A stretch of DNA of 64,000 bases, taken from contig JBAWZD010000002.1 of assembly GCA_037143195.1 (NCBI GenBank), positions 140,620-204,619 of the forward strand, in the 5' to 3' direction. The notes below the pieces were generated by a model. That model saw nothing but the letters and a program-made list of their open reading frames with translations, did no database searches and had not been told where the DNA came from. Made by a program: the position numbers and the translations under genes. Shown in pieces: positions 8,403-16,942 of this stretch (within the stretch, counting starts at the first letter, position 1; the number at the start of each line of letters is the position of its first letter). The DNA is from a bacterium. Lineage in GTDB: Bacteria; Patescibacteriota; Minisyncoccia; Phycocordibacterales; UBA9973.

Positions 8403-10558
8403 ACTTCTAATTTTTTTATATCTAGAATTGCCTTCATGGCGGGGTAATTCGTCATGTGCGGGTCACGCGTAATGAGCGCGCTCGCTTCCGCTCGCGCAGC
8501 CTCCACCATTTTTATATTCCGTATAGCCTCCATCCCAAGATCGGTGATGCCCCATTGTTTGGTGCCTCCAAGTTCACCTGCACCACGGAGTGCGAGGTCG
8601 TGTTCTGAAAGTTCGAACCCATTTTTCGCTGTTTTGATTGCGTTCAATCGGTCGGCTGTCTTTTCTGATTTTGTTTCGGCGAAGAGGTAACAGTAGGCTT
8701 GGTGATTGCTTCGAATGACACGTCCACGGAGCTGGTGAAGTTGGGCGAGACCAAAACGCTCCGCACCCTCGATGATGATGAGCGTTGCGTTGGGGACGTT
8801 CACTCCAACTTCAACGACACTTGTTGCCACGAGAATATCTATTTTGTGTGAGGAGAATTCTTCCATGACCGTGTCCTTTTTTGCAGGTGTCATTTTGGAA
8901 TGCAAAATACCAATCGTGTATTCAGGGAAAATACTCGTGCGAAGATGTTCTGCTTCGGCAGTGACTGAACGCGCTTGCACTGCCATTTCTTTTTCTGGAT
9001 CCGGCTCATCGATGCGAGGGCAGATGACGTATGCTTGGCGACCATTTTCGAGTTCCTTCCTGATGAACGCGTAGACAGCGTCGCGACCGTTTGGGAGGAC
9101 GATCTCGGTAATGATTGGTTTGCGACCCATTGGCATTTCATCGAGAATGGAAAGATCGAGGTCGCCGTAGATGGTGAGTGCAAGTGTGCGGGGGATTGGA
9201 GTCGCCGTCATTGAGAGGAGGTGTGGAGCAAAGCCTTCCTTCGTCACGAGCTTCTTTCTCTGCATGGTGCCGAAGCGGTGTTGTTCGTCGATGATGGCGA
9301 GGGCGAGGTGTTTGAATTTGACACTCTTTTGAATGAGCGCGTGCGTGCCGATGAGGATTGGGATTTCACCATTCGCGACCCATTTCAAAAGTTGCGTGCG
9401 TGAAATTGCCGTCCACGGTTCTTTTGCTGACGCGACTTTGGTCGGGAACTTGCGACAGCCCGATCCGGTGATGAGCCCGACAGAGATGCCGGTGTGTTTG
9501 AAGTAGTTGATGAAATTTTCAAAATGCTGAGTGGCGAGAATTTCTGTCGGCGCCATGTAGGCGACCTGAAGATTGCCGTAGGTTTTGCCGTCGGGGCGAG
9601 TCTTGATCGTCGCGTACGAAAGTGTGGCTGCGACCGCGGTTTTGCCTGAGCCGACGTCTCCCTCGAGCAGACGTGCCATCGGATGAGGCTTTGCCATATC
9701 GGTGAGCATTGTCGCGATTGCATTTTCTTGCGCGCGCGTTTGCTTGAACGGAAATCGTCCGACGAAATCAGCGATATCATCTGGATTGTAATTGACGGGG
9801 AATGATTTGTTTTCTAAATAGTTTTCGCGTTCGATTTTGCGAGTGAGTTGGATGAAAAAAACCTCTTCGAAGCTAAATCGCTTGCGTGCTGCCTGCGCGT
9901 TGTTTTCTGTTTGGGGAGCATGCATCCAGACGAGTGCCGTCGAGAGTTTGGGGAGATTGTATTTTGCGAGCATTTCGCTCGGGAGATAGTCGTCGAGATT
10001 TTGTACGAGTCCTGATTTGAGAACCTTTTGGATCGTGTGATATATGAAGCGCGAGGTGATACCACGAGTCTCACGGTAAATGGGGAAGCCAAATATTTCT
10101 GCGGCCTCGCGGTCTGCACCAAAGAGCGATCCATGCATGTCGATCGGGAGTGCATTCTTTTCTTTGAGTTCGGGATTGGAAAGATAGATACCGTTTTTGC
10201 CTTCGGCGATTTTGCCGGAGAGTTCGACGGTGTCACCTTCGTGAACCATTTTGGCCATATAGGCTTGATTAAACCAAATGATACCGATGCGTCCTGAACT
10301 ATCTTCAAGCTCTGCTTCACCCATAGGCATTTTGCTTTTGAAAGCTTTTCGAGTTTTGAGTTTGCCGATGCGACCGTAGAGAGTGACGGTGTCGCCGACG
10401 ACAGCATCGCGAATGAGTTTGATCTCACTCACGTTCGTGTAGCGAACAGGGAAGTAGTAGAGCATGTCACGAATGGTTTTGAGACCAAGACGGGCAAGCG
10501 CTTTTTTCTGTTCCTCGCTTGTTCTGAAATGTTTAACTAAATCGTCACTTAAATACAT
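8390..10558 (-). CDS. recG: ATP-dependent DNA helicase RecG
   Basis: GDVGSGKT, MAPTEILA, DEQHRFG, MTATPIPR, QLRGRV; ATG at 10558. Confidence 0.97.
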   Translation of the reverse strand: MYLSDDLVKHFRTSEEQKKALARLGLKTIRDMLYYFPVRYTNVSEIKLIRDAVVGDTVTLYGRIGKLKTRKAFKSKMPMGEAELEDSSGRIGIIWFNQAYMAKMVHEGDTVELSGKIAEGKNGIYLSNPELKEKNALPIDMHGSLFGADREAAEIFGFPIYRETRGITSRFIYHTIQKVLKSGLVQNLDDYLPSEMLAKYNLPKLSTALVWMHAPQTENNAQAARKRFSFEEVFFIQLTRKIERENYLENKSFPVNYNPDDIADFVGRFPFKQTRAQENAIATMLTDMAKPHPMARLLEGDVGSGKTAVAATLSYATIKTRPDGKTYGNLQVAYMAPTEILATQHFENFINYFKHTGISVGLITGSGCRKFPTKVASAKEPWTAISRTQLLKWVANGEIPILIGTHALIQKSVKFKHLALAIIDEQHRFGTMQRKKLVTKEGFAPHLLSMTATPIPRTLALTIYGDLDLSILDEMPMGRKPIITEIVLPNGRDAVYAFIRKELENGRQAYVICPRIDEPDPEKEMAVQARSVTAEAEHLRTSIFPEYTIGILHSKMTPAKKDTVMEEFSSHKIDILVATSVVEVGVNVPNATLIIIEGAERFGLAQLHQLRGRVIRSNHQAYCYLFAETKSEKTADRLNAIKTAKNGFELSEHDLALRGAGELGGTKQWGITDLGMEAIRNIKMVEAARAEASALITRDPHMTNYPAMKAILDIKKLEVHFE

Positions 10559-10559
10559 A

Positions 10560-10702
10560 TGGCTAGTATAGCGCAAAGTGCGCACATGTACTTGAAAAAG
10601 CACCGGCGTAAAATCCTGAAGGATTTTCGCCTTATTCTCGCGCCGTCGCGCTCCGAAGATGCTTTTTCAAGTACATGTGCGCACTTTGCGCTATGCTAGC
10701 CA
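10560..10702. repeat. Palindromic element B, upstream of recG
   Basis: 43-bp inverted arms 10560-10602 and 10660-10702 with one mismatch; minus-strand core GGAGCG-cgacgg-CGCGAG. Confidence 0.92.
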
Positions 10703-10708
10703 GCCGTG

Positions 10709-11077
10709 TTACTTGAGAATTTCTTTAATTCGGTCTGCGAGTTCGTCGAGAGTGAAATTACTCTTCACCATGTAGTCTGTGGCACCGAGGTCTTTTGCAT
10801 GTTTGATGTCCTTTTCTTCTGAGAGGTTTGAAAAAACAATAACAGGAGTATTTGCTGTTTTAGGATTTTCGCGGACCATTTTGAGAATCCCGAATCCATC
10901 AGTCCCTGGCATGACGAGGTCGCAGAGCATGAGGTCTGGAGTGTCGGTTGAGAGAGCTTTCATAGCTTCTTCGCTATTTGAGGCACTTACGACCATGAAG
11001 CCCTCTTTTTCGAGCTTGGTGGAAGCGAGTCCTTGGAGGAAGCTGTCGTCTTCGATAATCAGGATTTTCTTGTTCAT
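10709..11077 (-). CDS. Single-domain response regulator
   Basis: ILIIEDD, DLVMPGTDG, SN, GATDYMVK. Confidence 0.93.
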   Translation of the reverse strand: MNKKILIIEDDSFLQGLASTKLEKEGFMVVSASNSEEAMKALSTDTPDLMLCDLVMPGTDGFGILKMVRENPKTANTPVIVFSNLSEEKDIKHAKDLGATDYMVKSNFTLDELADRIKEILK

Positions 11078-11203
11078 ACGAAAATTGTACTATGCGCCAT
11101 CCCATATCGCAACCTTGAAAAGTTTATCTCTGTGTATATGGCAAAAACCATAAAACTAAGCATGTTTATGGAGTTTTAGGGTTCGAGTCTGTATACTGTA
11201 AAA

Positions 11204-11890
11204 ATGAAAAAAATACCTCGGGCAATACAACGGTCTTGTGTCGTCCTTTTTGGGCTCACGCTCGTGTTTGTTTTGTTTTTTCATTTTAGGAAACAACAGG
11301 TTGCCCCAGCTTTTGTAGCGGATAAAAACATTGTTGACCCTGCGCTTGTTACTGGTATCTATCAGCAGAATGATAGATATCTTTTGGTTGTTGAATCAAA
11401 GATCTTTGGCACAGATACTGAGTCTGATATGTATATTATTGATTACAATGTTCCGCTACCAGCTTCGCGCATAGTCAGTACTCCACTTGGCAGGTTCTCA
11501 AAAGGGAAATCAACATATAATTTTGATGCGGCACATTGTATCGCCACGTATAGCTTCGCTGGATCGAAGATGTATATTGCACCGAATACTGCGTCCTGTA
11601 TGGCTGAACCAAACCTTGAGGGGATATATACAAAGATAAGCGCTGTGTCCCCTGAGCATGCGAGCGAAATCGTCTCAAATATTCCCGAAGTGAAAAAATG
11701 GCTTCCTCGTATTAAGGGAAATACTGACTGGCCAGACCAACCTCCGTACATCGACGCCATAACATCGAATTCCTACACGATTGTTGTTCCAGGGCTAGAG
11801 AAAGCTAATATTTTTGGTATTGCTCCTATGGGCCCGTACAAAGTCAGTGCGATATCAGGTGATGTTGTGCCTGTTCCTAGATCACGGTAA
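11204..11890 (+). CDS. Hypothetical membrane-anchored or secreted protein
   Basis: 228 aa with an N-terminal hydrophobic helix. Confidence 0.75.
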   Translation: MKKIPRAIQRSCVVLFGLTLVFVLFFHFRKQQVAPAFVADKNIVDPALVTGIYQQNDRYLLVVESKIFGTDTESDMYIIDYNVPLPASRIVSTPLGRFSKGKSTYNFDAAHCIATYSFAGSKMYIAPNTASCMAEPNLEGIYTKISAVSPEHASEIVSNIPEVKKWLPRIKGNTDWPDQPPYIDAITSNSYTIVVPGLEKANIFGIAPMGPYKVSAISGDVVPVPRSR

Positions 11891-11914
11891 TAGTTTATCG
11901 GGATAGTTGGGGCG

Positions 11915-12673
11915 CTATTTTGGATTTGTTTGTGAAGCGGGAAGGGTGACAAAAAACGTTGTGCCTTCGCCGGCGGTGCTTTCAAACCAGATTTTGCCGT
12001 GGTGTTTTTCGACGATGCGGGCGGTGGTGAACAAGCCGAGACCTGAACCGACGACGTCTTGTTTTTTGGCGTTGTCAGCGCGGAAGAATTTGCCAAAGAT
12101 GTGTGATTGGTCGCTGTCTTCGATACCGATACCCGTGTCGCGAACGGAGATTTCGATTGAGTCAGCTTTTTCGCTCGCGTTCACAAAGACACGGCCGTCC
12201 TTGTTTGAATATTTGATTGCGTTCTCGATCAGGTTTTGGAAGACGACGCGGATTTTTTCAGAATCAACAACGATATTTTTGAGCGCGTGGTCGGGTTTGA
12301 GGAAGATGAGTTGGATGCCTTTTTTGTATGATTCGCCGGTGAAATCAAACACGACTTCGTCGAGGAGTTTGACGATATCGACTGCTTCCATATGCATGGA
12401 TTCGAGGGTGTCTTCGGCGTGGTTTATCGAAAGCATTTCGTTCACGAGACGAATCATACGCTCGTCGCTCTCGAATGCTTTTTTCATGAAGTTGAGCTGT
12501 TCGGCATTGAGCGCTCCGAAATCTCCGTCGAGAAACATTTTCAAAATCCACTTCATCGCCGAGAGCGACGTGCGGAGCTGGTGAGCAGAAATGGAAATGA
12601 GGTCGCTTTTGGTCGCGTTTTCATTTTTGAGTTTTTCGTTCTCGGACGCGAGGTCGATGATTGGTTCGGTCAT
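11915..12673 (-). CDS. Histidine kinase (HisKA plus HATPase) without a sensor domain
   Basis: AHQLRT H box, NLIENAIKYS N box, DTGIGI, FFRAD, GSGLGL. Confidence 0.93.
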   Translation of the reverse strand: MTEPIIDLASENEKLKNENATKSDLISISAHQLRTSLSAMKWILKMFLDGDFGALNAEQLNFMKKAFESDERMIRLVNEMLSINHAEDTLESMHMEAVDIVKLLDEVVFDFTGESYKKGIQLIFLKPDHALKNIVVDSEKIRVVFQNLIENAIKYSNKDGRVFVNASEKADSIEISVRDTGIGIEDSDQSHIFGKFFRADNAKKQDVVGSGLGLFTTARIVEKHHGKIWFESTAGEGTTFFVTLPASQTNPK

Positions 12674-12797
12674 GCGAGAAGTATACGGCAAAACGCGGAA
12701 AGTCAAAAGGTGGGGCAGGGAGGCTTTTGGTTGACTTTTTGGGGAATCGGTTTAGAGTGAGTTAAAATATGGTTTCAACATTCTAAAACAAGAGATT

Positions 12798-13151
12798 ATG
12801 GCTTCAATTGCATCTATGCGAAATGTGTTCGCAAAAAACAAAAGTAACGTTGATAAAATCAGCGCAATTTTGAATGACTTTAGTATTAGTAGCGAAGGTA
12901 TTTCGCTGGTGCAAGTATTATTCCGGATAGCTGATGAATTTTATAAGCAAAAATTCTATACAGAAAGTGAAGGAAAACCAGTCTCGCTTCGGCTGCTGGA
13001 CGAGTTTACCTTTGAAGAGAAGATTCAAATAGTAATCCTTATTAAAGGATCTGTCCCTGTCGATGACGAGGGTTACGTAAATTCTTTATTTAAGGAAATC
13101 TACAACATCGTCTGTGATGCTGTATCGGATTGGAATAAGAGGGAATTTTAG
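12798..13151 (+). CDS. Hypothetical protein
   Basis: 117-aa AT-rich ORF; TTGACT upstream; hairpin at 13165-13197 downstream. Confidence 0.65.
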   Translation: MASIASMRNVFAKNKSNVDKISAILNDFSISSEGISLVQVLFRIADEFYKQKFYTESEGKPVSLRLLDEFTFEEKIQIVILIKGSVPVDDEGYVNSLFKEIYNIVCDAVSDWNKREF

Positions 13152-13195
13152 TTCACTTAAGCAGAAACGGCGTCTCCACATTTGGGAGGCGCCGT

Positions 13196-14221
13196 TTATC
13201 GTAGTCGGCTGAGGATGTCGTGATCTTCGATGTATTTGATGATTGCGGGTGGGAGGACAGTTTTCCATTGGTCGCCGTTGTGTGCGTTTTCGCGGACGAG
13301 ACCACTGCGGGCGCGGTCGCTTGATTCGGGGATGGTGATGACGACTTCGGCGCGGAAACCGATTTTTTTGAGGTAGTCAATTTTTTTGGTGTCGCTTGGT
13401 CCCGTGACGCTCATGAGGAAGATGGTACCTTTGGGGAGAAGCGCTTTGGAATTCTTGTAATCGCTTGGAAATGCTATGAATGAATATCGGGTGCGGTCGA
13501 CGCCTTCTGCTTCGAGTGCGAGGGTGAGCATGTCGACACGTTCGTCGTTGGTGAGGGGGTTTTGATGCGGCGCGCACGGGTACCCCGTGCGCGCCGCATC
13601 TGCCTCCGTACAAATCTCCGGAGTACAAATCCCAATCATTACATGCTCCGCTCGCTCGAGCGCTCTAAGGATATATGCGATGTGCCCGACATGCGGTGGC
13701 TGAAATCGTCCATGCACCAGACCGACAGGGTATTTTTTGTGCGCGAATTGTTTGCCAAGCGAATTCCATGGAAGTGAAATACTCCACGCGGGAAATTGTT
13801 TCAAAATCCATTCAGCATAGGTATTACTATTCGGACCAGTCGCAAAATACTCATCACGAAACGGATACGTGGTCGGAGTTGTTTCAATATATCGAGCGAT
13901 CGATTCGGCAAGTGACCCATTATCGCCTTCAATCACGCCCTCGACACGAACGGCAACGTCCCAAAATCTATCATCGGTCCACAAACTCATCTCTGTCCCT
14001 TGGAAGGGAAGCAGACAATCGGTATACAAAAATCCTGAATGCACACCCGACAGCGTTTGTGCATGGCGCACTTCATATCGATGTACCACGCCTTTCATGT
14101 TCACCACGAACCATGGATGACGCACGAACTGTACAGGAATTGCGGCAGGGCAGGTACAGAGAAAAACCTGAAACTTGTTGGGGTCAATGAGCGACTTGCG
14201 TTTTTCCGCGTTTGGAAGCAT
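13196..14221 (-). CDS. Fusion of a DUF3750-like domain with an HxGH nucleotidyltransferase (NMN adenylyltransferase-like)
   Basis: N-half HPWFVV...GPNSNTY...LPWNSLGK; C-half HGRFQPPHVGH, NPLTNDER, SGLVRE. Confidence 0.75.
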   Translation of the reverse strand: MLPNAEKRKSLIDPNKFQVFLCTCPAAIPVQFVRHPWFVVNMKGVVHRYEVRHAQTLSGVHSGFLYTDCLLPFQGTEMSLWTDDRFWDVAVRVEGVIEGDNGSLAESIARYIETTPTTYPFRDEYFATGPNSNTYAEWILKQFPAWSISLPWNSLGKQFAHKKYPVGLVHGRFQPPHVGHIAYILRALERAEHVMIGICTPEICTEADAARTGYPCAPHQNPLTNDERVDMLTLALEAEGVDRTRYSFIAFPSDYKNSKALLPKGTIFLMSVTGPSDTKKIDYLKKIGFRAEVVITIPESSDRARSGLVRENAHNGDQWKTVLPPAIIKYIEDHDILSRLR

Positions 14222-14286
14222 GGACCTATCATACTATAGTTTTGGCTGGAAATTCAGACCAAAAAAGAGTATAGTTGCCCTCATAT

Positions 14287-15891
14287 ATGGAATACGGAAC
14301 AAAATCACCAAGTGCAGACCTGAAGCTTATTGGCATCGAATCGCCGAGTGCTGTGTACTGGAATTTGACCCCCGACGAACTCGTGCAAAAGACACTTGAA
14401 CTTGGACAGGGGAGTCTCGCCGACACCGGCGCGCTCATGTCCGACACCGGTACTTTTACTGGTCGCTCACCAAAGGACCGCTTCATTGTCGCTGACGCGC
14501 TCACGGAAAATATCGTATTTTGGGGCGATATCAACCAAAAATTCTCGCCAGAAAAATTCGATGCGCTCTACACAAAAATGTGTGCGTACCTCGATGGCAA
14601 AGAAGTCTACGCACGTGATTCATACGTCTGTGCTGATCCAAAGCATCGTCTCAATGTCCGTATCGTGACCGAACTTCCATGGGCAAATCTTTTTGCAAAC
14701 AATCTTTTTTTGCGCCCAACCGCTGAAGAAGTCACCACACTCGGCACTCCAGATTGGCACGTCATTGCGGCACCGGGATTCCTCGCCGACCCTGCGACTG
14801 ACGGCACACGCCAAGCGAATTTCACCATCATCAACTTCACTCGTCGCATGATTATCGTCGGCGGTTCGGCATATACAGGAGAAATCAAAAAGGGAATGTT
14901 TAGTGTGCTCAATTTCCTTTTGCCACAACAAGGTGTGCTTTCGATGCACTGCTCGGCAAACATTGGACCGAAAGGGGACACGGCGATTTTCTTTGGTCTC
15001 TCAGGTACTGGAAAGACCACACTCTCTGCTGATAGCGCACGCAATCTCATTGGAGATGACGAACACGGCTGGGGTCCTGATTCAGTCTTCAACTTTGAAG
15101 GTGGCTGTTATGCAAAATGTGTGAATCTCTCAAAAGAAAAAGAGCCAGAAATTTGGGCGGCAATTACGAAGGGTACACTTCTCGAAAACGTACGTTGTTT
15201 CCCTGGGACGACAACCGTCAATTACGATGATATTTCAAAGACCGAAAATACTCGCGCCGCATATCCGCTCAACCTCATCAAAAACGCAGCGATTCCATCA
15301 GTCGGCAAAACTCCAGAAAATATTTTCTTCCTTTCGTGTGATGCATACGGCGTACTTCCTCCGATTGCGAAGCTTACACGCGAACAGGCGATGTACTATT
15401 TCCTCTCTGGATACACTGCAAAAGTTGCGGGAACAGAAGTTGGTGTTGTAGAACCACAGGCGACGTTCTCGTCGTGTTTTGGAAAAGTATTTCTTCCACT
15501 CAACCCGACAACATATGCGAAATTGCTCGGTGAGAAACTCGCACAAAATCCAAATATTAATGTATGGCTTGTAAACACTGGATGGTCAGGTGGTGTCTAC
15601 GGGGTAGGCAAGCGCATGTCGCTTCCACACACTCGTGCACTCATCAATAGTGCACTCGATGGCTCTCTTGCACGCGCATCATTCGAAACACTCCCTATTT
15701 TCGGTCTTGCAATTCCAACGAGTTGCCCAAATGTTCCAAGTGAAATCCTCAACCCACGCACTGCATGGACTGATGTCAATGCGTACGATGCGCAAGCACG
15801 TTCACTCGCCGGACTGTTCGTCAAAAGCTTTGCTCAATACGCAGAATTCGCAGGAGCAGATATCGTTTCGGCAGCACCAAACTTAGGATAA
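14287..15891 (+). CDS. pckA: Phosphoenolpyruvate carboxykinase (ATP)
   Basis: TGRSPKDRF, YTGEIKK, MHCSAN, GLSGTGKTTLS, IGDDEHGW, NFEGGCYAK. Confidence 0.97.
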   Translation: MEYGTKSPSADLKLIGIESPSAVYWNLTPDELVQKTLELGQGSLADTGALMSDTGTFTGRSPKDRFIVADALTENIVFWGDINQKFSPEKFDALYTKMCAYLDGKEVYARDSYVCADPKHRLNVRIVTELPWANLFANNLFLRPTAEEVTTLGTPDWHVIAAPGFLADPATDGTRQANFTIINFTRRMIIVGGSAYTGEIKKGMFSVLNFLLPQQGVLSMHCSANIGPKGDTAIFFGLSGTGKTTLSADSARNLIGDDEHGWGPDSVFNFEGGCYAKCVNLSKEKEPEIWAAITKGTLLENVRCFPGTTTVNYDDISKTENTRAAYPLNLIKNAAIPSVGKTPENIFFLSCDAYGVLPPIAKLTREQAMYYFLSGYTAKVAGTEVGVVEPQATFSSCFGKVFLPLNPTTYAKLLGEKLAQNPNINVWLVNTGWSGGVYGVGKRMSLPHTRALINSALDGSLARASFETLPIFGLAIPTSCPNVPSEILNPRTAWTDVNAYDAQARSLAGLFVKSFAQYAEFAGADIVSAAPNLG

Positions 15892-16000
15892 GGATCATTA
15901 GAGCCACGTTGTTTTTTTGTTTCTCTATCTAAATGTCGTATACTAGAAATATTACTAGGTAGCTTTCGTGTGTTTGTAATCACACGAGCAGAATAATTTC

Positions 16001-16939
16001 ATGAATTTTTGGAAGAACCCCGAACACGATTCGATAAAAATGGTAGTTATAGCTGTCCTTGTGACAGGAGCCGGACTTTTTGCGTATGATCAAATGAAAG
16101 TGAAGCCACTCGCAAATGCGGGAAGAGTTATTGCGCCTTCGAGCTCGACGAGCCCAAGTGGCGGTGGCACTGGAAAGGGAGGTGGCGCTGGTGGAGACTA
16201 TGCATGTGATGCTGTGGCACCAGTTGTGCTTGCGACTGCGCTTGGAGCTCCAACGACTCCAACATCAGTTACGACAGCATCAGGAGGCGTCCGCGGTGGT
16301 CAGTGGTTGAATTTTACTTTGACGAACCCAAGCGACTGTCCCGTAGATGTTTCTCAGGTTGAAGTAAGTTTTGCAACGAATGATATGGAAAATTGGCCAC
16401 CTGTTCAGAACGTCACGCTCTCACACCTCGGTGTTCAGCTCGGAGCGGCACTCAAGGTCCCGAATGCAATACGATATGTCTCTGGCGTTGTCACTCTCGG
16501 TTCGCATACGATTACGGTGAATAGCTCGGCCGCACTTAGTGTAGGTAACCGAGTACGAATTCTTGGCACTCGAACAGCCCAAGGGATAATTACTGCTATT
16601 CCAACAAGTACAACAATTACAGTCAATATTACGACAGGAGGACTCGGGGTAGTTGCGGGATCACAGGTTGCCGATTACGGTTCAGGTCTTATGACATTCT
16701 CATTCCCAGGCACAAGTGCGGTAACGATTGCTCCGCTTGCTACAGAAACATTCAATCTTATGTCTGATTCACAGAATGTTCCTGCTCATACATCTGGGTT
16801 GTCATCAGCTGCGGTGTATTTCAAGTTTGGTCTTAAGGAATTTCTTGGAACGTCACTCTCAGGTGTGGTGAATGATCAAAGTGTTACTGCCGGAAGTATT
16901 CCAGCTACAATCGTGACTCCTTCAATTCCTGTACTCTAA
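16001..16939 (+). CDS. Membrane-anchored S/T/G-rich surface protein
   Basis: N-terminal TM helix, Gly-rich linker, beta-rich body. Confidence 0.8.
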   Translation: MNFWKNPEHDSIKMVVIAVLVTGAGLFAYDQMKVKPLANAGRVIAPSSSTSPSGGGTGKGGGAGGDYACDAVAPVVLATALGAPTTPTSVTTASGGVRGGQWLNFTLTNPSDCPVDVSQVEVSFATNDMENWPPVQNVTLSHLGVQLGAALKVPNAIRYVSGVVTLGSHTITVNSSAALSVGNRVRILGTRTAQGIITAIPTSTTITVNITTGGLGVVAGSQVADYGSGLMTFSFPGTSAVTIAPLATETFNLMSDSQNVPAHTSGLSSAAVYFKFGLKEFLGTSLSGVVNDQSVTAGSIPATIVTPSIPVL

Positions 16940-16942
16940 TAG

